A DNA stretch of 64,000 bases from Mustelus asterias (taxonomy: Eukaryota): assembly GCF_964213995.1 (NCBI RefSeq), contig NC_135825.1:12586001-12650000 (forward strand). The letters are read 5' to 3'. Under the pieces are notes generated by a model. It was not told the origin of the DNA. It ran no database searches and was given only the letters and a program-made list of their open reading frames with translations. This document shows, piece after piece, positions 23,469-34,827 of the stretch. Within the stretch, counting starts at the first letter, position 1, and every line of letters begins with the position of its first letter. A program made the translations under genes and the position numbers.

Positions 23469-24483
23469 CCACACAGACAGTGACCCAAGCCGGCAATCGA
23501 ATCCAGATCTCTGGCGCTGTGAGGTCACAGTGCTAACCACTGTGCCGCTGTGCTGTCCATCACTAGAAACTTCATTAAGAGTTCACCTTCTGACCTCTGG
23601 AGATCGTCATGGTATGGGAAGCATGGAAGAATGCTCTGAAGCTGACCAACTGCAACCTGGCGGGAATTGGAGTGGCTGAAACAGTTTTGTTTTTTATTAT
23701 TTGCTCCCGGGATGTGGCCGTGGCTGGCGAGGCCAGAATCCTTTGCTCATTCCTAATTGCTTCTAACAGCACTGTGGGTGTACCTACACCACACACACGG
23801 GACTGCAGTGGTTCAAGAAGGCAGCTCACCGCCACCTTCTCGAGGGCAATTAGGGATGGGTAATAAAAGATGGCCTAGTCAGTGACAACCGCATCATATG
23901 AAAAAAAAACAACAAATAATGCTGTGATAATTTGGGCATGGCTTCTGTGACAATTCCCTGCACTGCTCCCTGCTCTGTATGTGTTTGAACGGACCTTCCA
24001 TTGGAAGGTGGAACAACTGCAGGAAGGTAAGTCGGTAAGTCTGACCCGCGTCAGAGATTCTTGTCCATGAGGCCTATGGAAGTGTTGGATTCCTGATGTC
24101 TGGGCATCATTGGCACTGGGATGTTTTATCCATCAATACTCGACCTGAGAATGCAAAGTGGATTAATGTAATGTCATAACTAAAGTTAAAATTTATTTAT
24201 TAGTCACAAGTAAGGCTTACATTAATACTGCAATGAAGTTACTGTGAAATTCCCCAAGTCGCCACACTCCCCTAGGCACCTGTTCGGGTACATTGAGGGG
24301 CAATTTAGCACGGCCAATGCACCTAACCAGCACGTCTTTCGGACTGTGGGAGGAAACCGGAGCACCCGGAGGAAACCCACGCAGATACGGGGAGAACGTG
24401 CAGACTCCACACAGACAGTGACCCAAGCCGGGAATCGAACCCCGGTCCTTGGCGCTGTGAGGCAGCAGTGCTAACCACTGTGC
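23469..24483 (-). repeat. Right arm of ~1-kb inverted duplication
   Basis: Reverse complement of 18501-19515. Confidence 0.95.
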
Positions 24484-24904
24484 TCCCCAGAAGGGCCACA
24501 GAATCGAATCAGCAAATGGTTACAGCACGGAAGGAGACTATTTATTGCTGAGGGACTGCTGCACCGTTGTAATCTTCCAGATAAGGCGTGAATCTGAGGT
24601 CCATCCAGTCTGCCCTCTCGGCTGGAACATAAAAGATCTTATAGAAAGAAGAGCGGGGAATCCTCCCTGCTGTCCTCTCTGCTACAGTAGGCTGTGGGAA
24701 GTATTCTATTTTTAAAATACATTGACAGTGCATTTTCCCACACAGTCGAGTAATTCAGAGTGAAAATAATACAGAATTACCAGAGTAATGGGGGGGAGGG
24801 GGGGGGGGGGGGCGGTCCCAAGCTTTGTGAAGCAAATCTGCCCTCTAGAGGTATAGTAAAGGAATTGCACTTTGTGATTGGTGTGGTCAGAATTAGCAAC
24901 TTAT

Positions 24905-25945
24905 CGTAGAATCACTACAGTGCAGAAGGAGGCCATTTGGCCCACTGAGCTTGCACCAATCCCACCCAGGCCCGGTATATACCCGTAACCCCACATTTAC
25001 CCTGCTAATCCCCCTGACACTGGGGTGCAATTTACCCATGCCCAATCCCCCTAACCTACACATCTTTGCACACTAAGGGGCAATTGGGGATGGCCAATCA
25101 ACCTGACCCGCCCGGTGGCACAGTGGTTAGCACCGCTGCCTCAGAGCGCCAGGGACCCGGGTTCGATTCCCGGCTTGGGTCACTGTCTGTGTGGAGTCTG
25201 CACATTCTCCCCCTGTCTGCATGGGTTTCCTCCGGATGCTCCAGTTTCCTCCCACAGCCCAAAGATCATAGAATCATAGAAACCCTACAGTACAGAAAGA
25301 GGCCATTCGGCCCATCGAGTCTGCACCGACCGCAATCCCACCCAGGCCCTACCCCCCCATATCCCGACATATTTTACCCGCTAATCCCTCTAATCTACAC
25401 ATCCCAGGACACTAAGAGGCAATTTTTAGCATGGCCAATCAACCTAACCCGCACATCTTTGGACTGTGGGAGGAAACCGGAGCACCCGGAGGAAACCCAC
25501 GCAGACACGAGGAGAATGTGCAAACTCCACACAGACAGTGACCCAAGCCGGGAATCGAACCCAGGACCCTGGAGCTGCGAAGCAGCAGTGCTAACCACTG
25601 TGCTACCGTGCCGCCCCTGATGTGCTGGTTAGGTGGATTGGCCATGCCAAATTTTCCTTTATTGTCAGGGGAACTACCTCGTGTAAATACATGGGGACAT
25701 GGGGGTCGGGCCAGGGGTGGGATTGTGTTCGGTGCACACTCGATGGGCCGAATGGCCTCCTTCTGTACTGTAGGATTCTATAATTCTATGATCTTTGGAC
25801 TGTGGGAGGGAACCGGAGCACCCGGAGGAAACCCATGCAGACATGGGGAGAACGTGCAGACTCCGCACAGACAGTGACCCGAGGCCGGAATTGAACCTGG
25901 GGGGTCCTTGTCGCTGTGAGGCAGCAGCGCTAACCGTTGTGCCAC
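24905..25945. mobile_element. Triple-nested HE1 SINEs
   Basis: A minus copy (25267-25617) inside a plus copy (25110-25790) inside another minus copy. Confidence 0.8.
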
Positions 25946-27647
25946 TTGGTGGGAGTGCATCAATTTCTATTTCACCCCTCCTCTCACGCCAAGAAATGAA
26001 GAAAGAAATAGGTGTAAGTATATATTACCTCACGCAACAGGTCATTCCAAAGTGTTTTCCAGACAATAAAGTACTTTCGAAGGGTTGTCGCTGCTGGAAA
26101 CACAGCAGCCAAATTGTGCACAGCAAGCTCGCTCACACAGCAATGTGAAACAAGGTCATCCGTTTTCCTGATGTTAACTGATGGAGTGGGCGCTTGCAGA
26201 ATCTCCCCTGCTCTTCTTCCAAACAGGAAACTTTGACATCCGCCTGACAGGGTAGACGTGGCCTTGGTTCATCGTCATATCCGAAAGGCGGCACATCCAA
26301 CTCTCCAGATTCTTACATGGGTTAAGAATCAATCTACCTATGCCTTAAAAACATTCAGGGGAGGCACGGTGGCTCAGTGGTTGGCACTGCTGCCTCACGG
26401 CTCCAGGTATCCGGGTTCAATTCCAGCTTGGGTCACTGTCTGTGCGGAGTCTGCACGTTCTCCTCGTGTCTGCGTGGGTTTCCTCCGGGTGCTCCGGTTT
26501 CCTCCCACACTCCAAAGATGCGCAGGTTAGGTTGATTGGCCATGCTAAAATTGTCCCTTGGTGTCCCGGGATGTGTAGGTTAGAGGGATTAGCAGGGTTA
26601 ATGTGTGGGGTTATGGGGATAGGGCCTGGGGTGGCATTGTGGTCGGTGCAGACTCGATGGGTTGAATGGCCTCCTTCTGCACTGTCGGGATTCTATGATT
26701 CTATGATTCAGTGACTCCGTATCCACCACCTTAACCATAGAAACCGGCACCTTAACCATAGAACCGGGTGCTCCGGTTCCCTCCCACAGTCCAAAGATCA
26801 TAGAATTATAGAATCCTACAGTACAGAAGGAGGCCATTCGGCCCATCGAGTGTGCACCGAACACAATCCCACCCCTGGCCCGACCCCCATGTCCCCATGT
26901 ATTTACACCTTGTGAGGCAGAGAGTTCCAAAGTCACAAACCCCCACCTCCTCATCTTTGTCCTATCAGGACAACTCCTAAATTTTAAAACATTGCCTCCT
27001 CAGTTCTGGACTCAGCCACAAGAGGGAACATCCTTTCAACATTCTGGTAAGGCAAGGGGAAAGAAAGGTTATTGGGGGTAGATGGGGGAATGTGGAACTC
27101 GAAACACAAACCGACCAGCTATGATCTTGTTGAGTGGTGGAACAGGCTCGAGGGGCTGAATGGCCTACTTCTGCTCCGAATTTGTATGCTTATATGTTCA
27201 TAAGTGTTAACCAACAAACCAGAAACAGCAGCAATGTTCTTTATCTCAGGAATGACAAGCCCAAAACTTGGAATTTCAGCACCTTATGGGATCCACAGAA
27301 GTATATCGGGCCCTGATTCTGAAAAGGATACATGACCAAGATTAAGGTGTTAGAGTCAGGCACCTTGGCAGTTACTGAACAAAGTGCTATTTATACAAAT
27401 GTCATAAAAAAGTGATTTATTTTGGGATCAAAGCCGAGAAATTCCCATTGGAAGGTTATTGGATGAATACTATGACTAAACTATATCCAATTCTTTAATC
27501 AAAGTGTTAACCCACGTAAAATAAATTGATCAATGTTTCTGGAACAGCAGACAAAGCTATTTGTCCATGAATATTGCCAACATTAACTTCCAGAGTCAAA
27601 AGGTTTTTCTGGTGCAGTAAGAAACCACCTCCGCCTCTTCCCCCCAC

Positions 27648-28310
27648 AACAACCCCCCACCGCCATTCCAACCCCCCACCGCCACCCCAACCCCCCACCG
27701 ACACCCCAACCCCCCACCGCCACTCCAACCCCCCCGCCACTCCAACCCCCCACCGCCACTCCAACCCCCCACCGCCACTCCAACCCCCCACCGCCACCCC
27801 AACCCCCCACCGACACCCCAACCCCTCACCGCCACTCCAACCCCCCACCGCCACTCCAACCCCCCCACCGCCACTCCAACCCCCCCACCGCCACTCCAAC
27901 CCCCCACCGCCACTCCAACCCCCCACCGCCACTCCAACCCCCCACCGCCACTCCAACCCCCCACCGCCACCCCAACCCCCCACCGACACCCCAATCCCCC
28001 ACCGCCACTCCAACCTCCCACCGCCACTCCAACCCCCCACTGCCACTCCAACCCCTCACCGCCACTCCAACCTCCCACCGCGACTCCAACCCCCCACCGC
28101 CACTCCAACCCCCCACCGCCACTCCAACCCCCCACCGCCACTCCAACCCCCCCACCGCCACTCCAACCCCCCCACCGCCACACCAACCCCCCACCGCCAC
28201 TCCAACCCCCCCCGCCACTCCAACCCCCCACCGCCACTCCAACCCCCCACCGCCACTCCAACCCCCCACCACCACTCCAACCCCCCACTGCCACTCCAAC
28301 CCCCCACCAG
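27648..28310. repeat. C-rich minisatellite, ~19-bp unit CCGCCACTCCAACCCCCCA, ~35 copies
   Basis: Direct tandem array; explains the Pro-rich and Gly/Trp-rich ORFs. Confidence 0.97.
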
Positions 28311-29964
28311 CTCCCAGCCACCTCCTACCCAAAGAGAGTTCAGGTATGCAATGTTTGTGTCCAAACATGATTGCTTGGGAGAGTTTAACTTTTGAACGGT
28401 TACAAGTGCATATGATTATGGGGCACGGTGGCACAGTGGTTGGCGCTGCTGCCTCACAGCGCCAGGGACCCAGGTTCGATTCCCGGCTTGGGTCACTGTC
28501 TGTGCGGAGTCTGCACTTTGTCCCCATGTCTGCGTGTGTTTCCTTCGGGTGCTCCGGTTTCCTCCCACAGTCCGAAAGACGTGCTGGTTAGGTGCGTTGG
28601 CCGTGCTAAATTCTCCCGCAGTGTACCCGAACAGGCGCCGGAGTGTGGCGACTAGGGGATTTTTAAAGAACAAAGAAAATTATAGCACGGGAACAGACCC
28701 TTCGGCCCTCCGAGCCTGCACCGACCATGCTGCCCGACATGGCACACAGTAACTTCATTGCAGTGTTAATGTAAGCCTACTTGTGACACGAATAATTAAA
28801 CTTTAGGAAAGGAAGGGAAATTTGTTTTCTATATTCCACAAAGTCTTCATGTTGCAGCAGGTGCCACAACCTTGAACCATCCAGTGCCCCTCTCCTGCCA
28901 AGCGAGAAGAGAAGCTGCGGGTCGATTGGCCTGCGGGCATTCACACGACCCTGGGGTCAGGCATGAGGCAAGCAGAAGTCCCAACCCAACAAACCTCTGC
29001 CCCCTTGTGAAGCAGAAGAGGAGAATCTGCCCAGTGTATTTGTATCCTGCATTATAGCCAGTGTATGCTTCCACTCAGTGGGTTCGAGCTCCAAACCTTC
29101 TGCTTATCCAAGCCTGGCCCTCCAGGGCCTTTATGTTCCCCCATTGCTGATTATTTTCATAATAGGCAGTATTACTACCATGAAAGGGCAGTAAATATCT
29201 CATTAGACGGGATGAGGCTCAGGATTGCAAAGGGCAGGGATAAAACTTTGCACTGACTGTAGAACATAAAGGGCTGCACGGTGGCACTGCTGCCTCACAG
29301 CGACAGGGACCCGGGTTCGATTCCTGGCTTGAGTCACTGACTGTGTGAAGTTTGCACATTCTGCTGCGTCTGCGTGGGTTTCCTCCCACACTCCAAAGAT
29401 GTGCGGGTTAGGTGGATTGGCCATGCTAAATTAGCACGGCCAATCCTAGTATCAGGGGGACTAGCTAGGGTAAATGCATGGGGTTATGGGGATAGGGCCT
29501 GGGTTGGATTGTGGTCAGTGCAGACTCGATGGGCCAAATGGCCTCCTTCTGCACTGTAGGATTCTATGATTCTAAAGGCTGAGAGAGATTCCTGGCTCTT
29601 TCCACGAGGTTGTTCTGTCATTAAAACAACATTAACTGCTCCACTGTCATCAGTCCTTTCTGTCAAACATGATTTTCCCCTCAACAAGTCCATGCTGGAA
29701 ATTATCTCGAATATAAATGACTGCATCCCTTCACTTCCCTTTTTAAGCAATCAGTTCAGTTAAAAATTGCTTTTGCTGGTTGCATCAGGGTTAAATATAG
29801 TTCAGCAAGAAGAAAGCTCTGGAATTATTCCATTTGTTTACTTTGCTTTCTTTTCGAACGGGTATATCACACGAGGTGAAAAGGGAAGTCTGGATGGATT
29901 TTCTTTACCCAGGCTCCAATACTTGCAACAGGTCATGCTAAAATAAATGCCACAGCCTCAAGGA

Positions 29965-30482
29965 AGGTTGTCCTTGATATAGAGGGAGTACAGCAAAGGT
30001 TTACCAGGCTGATTCCTGGGATGGCAGGTCTGTGATATGAGGGGAGATTAAGTCGGTTAGGATTATATTCATTTGGACTTTAGAAGAGTGAGAGGGGATC
30101 TCATAGAAACTTTAAAATTCTAACCGGGTTAGACAGAGTAGATTCAGAAAGAATGATCCCGATGGTGGGAAAGCCCAGAATTAGGGGTCGTAGTTTGAGG
30201 ATCAGGGGTAAAATTTTTAGAACTGAGGTGAGGAAAACTTTCTTCACCCAGAGGGTGGTGAATGTGTGGAATTCACTACCCACAGAAAGTAGTTGAGGCC
30301 AAAACGTTGTCTGATTTCAAGAAGAAATTAGGTATAGCTCTCGGGGCTAAAGGGATCAAGGGATATGGGGGGGGAAGGTGAGGCCAGGATATGAATTTGA
30401 TGATCAGCCATGATCATAATGAATGGTGGAGCAGGCTCAAATGTCCGAATGGCCTCCTGCATCTAGTTTCTATGTTTCTATG
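29965..30482 (+). mobile_element. CR1 3' fragment
   Basis: Degenerate ORF2 C-terminus and 3' UTR ending ttctatgtttctatg. Confidence 0.8.
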
Positions 30483-33400
30483 ATCTTGCACTTCCCGGCT
30501 GTCCATTGTAGCAGAGTCAAAACTGATATCCTCATAGTCACCAGATTATGGAGAACTGCATCCATCAGTGTGGGCTCTGTCAGCCCAATCCAATGATTTA
30601 GAGCTTAACTTGTGAGGCAAACACACATCTGATGGACTGTCACTTGTGAGAGTAAAATGGTACACTGGGTTTAGTGCCTTCAGGGAAGTATATTGTTACA
30701 GGGAACTAGATAACGTGGCTCCATTAGTCCCAAATCCTGTCCATTCTCACCATCTGCCATTATACCACATGTTTTTCCATTTTTTTTATTTGTTCATGGG
30801 AAGTGGGCATCGCTGGCTGGACCAGCATGTATTGCCCATCCCTGAGGGCATTTAAGAGTCAACCACGTTGCTGTGGCTCTGAAGACACATGTAGGCCAGA
30901 CCAGGTGAGGACGGCAGATTTCCTTCCCTGGAGAGTATTAGTGAACCAGATGGGGTTTTTCCGACAATCGACAATGGTTTCATGGTCATCAGTAAATTCT
31001 TCATTCCAGATGTCTTTTATTGAATTCGAATTCTACCATATGCCGTGGTGGGGATCGAACTCGGGTCCCCAGAACATTCGCTGAGTTTCTGGATTAATAG
31101 TCTAGCAATAATACCATTGGGCATTGCAATAGTACTATTTTGCTGTCAGCTCAATGACAATAGACAATGGTTTCATGGTCACCATTAGACTTTATTGGCA
31201 CATTGGATCTGGTTACATATCCATTGTATTTTTGCCCAGCATCAGTACCAGGAGGTTAAATGCTAAACAATAGCACCATAATTAATAGTCTGTTCACTCT
31301 ATGTTAGGGCTTCTAATAAGAGATCCTGGTTACATGTATGTTCTTCTTACATTATTTATCATTTGGTCAATAATTGTACAGCTAACCTTTCTGTAAACCA
31401 GTGCCTTTAGATGATGAGAAAAGCTTATAAAGTGAAAGTTCATTTATTCATCACAAGTAAGGCTTACATTGACATTGCAATGAAGTTACTGTGAAATTCC
31501 CCTCGTCGCCACATCCCAGCGCCTGTTCGGGTCAATGCACCCTAACCTGCACATCTTTCAGACCATGGGAGGAAACCAGAGCACCCTGAGGAAACCCACG
31601 CAGACACGGGGAGAACGTGCAAACTCCACACAGACAGTGACCCAAGCCGGGATTTGAACCCGGGTCCCTGGCACTGTGAGGCAGCAGTGGTAACCACTGT
31701 GCCACCATGCTGCTTGTGATGTGATATCTAGTTTGGGTATCTAATCAATGGCATCCTTGAAATACTAAGTGGAAAAGTAAGGTGTTTCCTAGTGGGCAGC
31801 TTGATCTGATGTGTTCCACTGTCTAGAACTTATGGCCATGACCACACTGGGCCCATACTCACAGAGCAGAGGAACGCATGCCCATTGCCCTGTGCAGGGT
31901 TGGTTGGGTACTGTCACTGTCATTGAGAACTTGCCTACTAATGTCATCAAGATCTCTCAAACATGACCTCCCTTTCTGAAAAGAATACAAATTTCTCACT
32001 GTTTTCACTCACAAGGCCTCATGTTCAAGCTCCCACTCCAGGGTTTGAACACAAAAAGCAAGGCTGACCCTCCTGGACAGTACTGAGGGAGTGCTGCACT
32101 GTCAGGAGTGCTATGTTTAGGAAGATACTGTGGCCCCATGGCACTAATTCAAAGAAGAACAGGGGAGTTATCCCCAGTGTCCTGGCCAATATTCACCCCT
32201 CATTCACCATCACAAAAATCAGATTATCTGGCCATTTTCCTGTTGCTATTTGGGAGTTGAATTTGAGAGCAAATTGGCTGCTAGATTTCTGATGTTACAG
32301 CAGTGATGACAAGAGTTTGAGTTTATTTGTTAGTGCAATGTGTGGGCTTCCGTTAACACTGCAATGAAGTTACTGTAGAAATCCCCTAGGCGCCACACTC
32401 CGGCGCCTGTTCGGGTACACGGAGGGAGAATTTAGCACGGCCAATGCACCTAACCAGCACGTCTTTCGGACTGTGGGAGGAAACCGGAGCACCCGGAGGA
32501 AACCCACGCAGACATGGGGAGAACATGTAGACTCTGCACAGACAGTGACCCAAACTGGGAATCGAACCCGGGTCCTCGGTACTGTGAGGCAACACAGTGT
32601 CACTGTGCTTCAATCACATTTCTTTCTCTATATTTTGGCCGATTTTCTTCTGACTTGTTTTGTATTGCTCACTGCATTGCGAAACTCCAGCTGCTTTTAG
32701 TGCTGGTTAAAAATTAAGCTTCTACAAACCAACTATTGCGTTACAGTCCTCGAATGCAGAGCCATCGTGTTTTGAAATCTTTACTTTTCACTTAAAGGGC
32801 TTGAGACCATTTTCACTCCACCCTGTCACATTGGCTCGATATATTTCTATGTGTCAGATAATATTCAATGTGAAACACTGATATTTTGCACATATCTTTT
32901 CGCCACAGGAACAATTAGGGCGGTACAGAACGCAGGGCAGCACAGTGGCACAGTGGTTGGCACTGCTCCCTCACAGCACCAGGGACCTGGGTTCGATTCC
33001 AGACTTGGGTCATTGTCTGTGTGGAGTTTGCACCTTCTCCCTGTGTCTGCGTGGATTTCCTCCGGGTGCTCCAGTTTCCCCCCACAGTCCAAAGGTTAGG
33101 TGAATTGGTCATGATAAATTCTCCCTCAGTGTATCCGAACAGGTGCTGGACTGTGGCGACTAGGGGATTCTCACAGTAACTTCATTGCAGTGTTAATGTA
33201 AGCTTACTTGTAATACATAAACTTTAACTTCAACTTTTAGCATATCTTCTTCTGCTGAAGTACTAGATTTGCAGCATGACAGCTTTCTTATCAATTGTGA
33301 GGGAGCACTATTATTTTATAGAGCTTAATATTCCTTTGTTTTAATTCATTCTCTGAATATAGATGTCCCTGGCAAGATCAGCATTTACTGAGCAGCCCTA

Positions 33401-34503
33401 ATTGCCCTTGAGATGGCGGTGGCTGCATTATTAATTTCCTTTGAACTGAGTAGCTTGCAAAACAATTGGGAGGTGATGGCCTAGTGGGATTATCACTAAA
33501 CTATTCATCCAGAAACTCAGCAAATGTTCTAGGGACCCGGGTTCGAATCCCGCCACAGCAGATGGTGGAATTTGAATTCAATAAAAAATATCTGGAATTA
33601 AGAATCTACTGATAACCATTGTCGATTGTTGGGAAAACCCATCTGGTTCACTAATGTCCGTTAGGGAAGGAAATCTGCCGTCCTTGCCTGGTCTGGCCTA
33701 CATGTGACTTCAGAGCCACAGCAATGTGGTTGACTCTCAACTGCACTCCAAGGGCAACCAGGAATGGACAAATTCCCACGAATGAATAAAAAAACAATCC
33801 TGAGGGCATTTAAGAGTCAACCACATGTGGGGCTGGAGTCACATGTAGGCCAGATCGGGTAAGGATGGACGATTTTCTTCCCTAAAGGATATTAATGGCC
33901 AACGGGATCCCCAGTGGCAGTACGGATGAGCCACGTAAGGCACTGTAGACATCAGCAGGACCAGAAGATGGCCAATGGCAAGACGCCTCCGCAGCCAGAA
34001 AACAAGCCACGCCTGGGAACGGGGAGGGAACGGGGAGAGGGGCCGGGTGGGGTGGGGTGGGGTGGCGGGAAAATCTCACCCACTGTCACTATCAGCGAGT
34101 CTATCTCTATATTCCAGGTTTATGAACAGAATTTAAATAGCACCAGCTGCTATGGTGGGGTTAGCCTGGGTCTCTGGATTACCAGTTCAGTGACATCACC
34201 CCTATGCCATCATAATCTGCGTTTAAAGAATATTTTGCAAAGTAACATAATTAGCTAAAGATCCAACACTGCCTCAAATTTGAAATTCTCATCCTGTATT
34301 CCAATCCCACAAGAGCCATCCTGTCTCATTCAGCCCTATGACACTCTGTGTTCCTCTAATTCCACTCCCCTTGCCATGGCAGTGCCACTAAGCCTTCAGC
34401 TGCTTCGGCCCTAAGCTCCAGAACGTCTTCCCTTATCTCACATCTATCTCCTCCTTCAAGATTCCTTAAAACCTTACCTCAAACTTTCACTCAGCTGTGT
34501 TAA

Positions 34504-34827
34504 TCATAGAATCCCTACAGTACAGAAGGAGGCCGTTTGGCCCATCGAGTCTGTACTGACCACAATCCCACCCAGGCCCTGTTCCCATAACCCCACACAT
34601 TTAGCCTGCTCGTCCCCCTGACACTAGGGTCAATTTAGCATGGCCAATCAACCTAACCCGCACACCTTCAGACTGTGGGAGGAAACCGGAGCGCCCAAAG
34701 GAAACCCATGCGGACACAGGGAGAAGAGGGTGCAAACTCCACACAGACAGTGACCGAGGCCCGAATTGAACCCGGGTCCCTGGCGCTGTGAGGCAGCAGT
34801 GCTAACCACTGTGCCACCGTGCCGCCC
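34504..34827 (-). mobile_element. HE1 SINE (CR1-tail type), representative full-length copy
   Basis: tRNA head, V-domain core, tail ending ctgtagggattctatga. Similar copies at ~6598, 8014, 10972, 15633, 21067, 26358, 29270, 38003, 39281, 40182, 43176, 45984, 51329 and 60838. Confidence 0.9.

Noticed and set aside
24790-24812. Poly-G run
   Set aside because: Simple homopolymer of unreliable length with no associated structure.
27507-28527. Pro-rich (extensin-like) and Gly/Trp-rich ORFs
   Set aside because: Translations of the 19-bp minisatellite, open in several frames.
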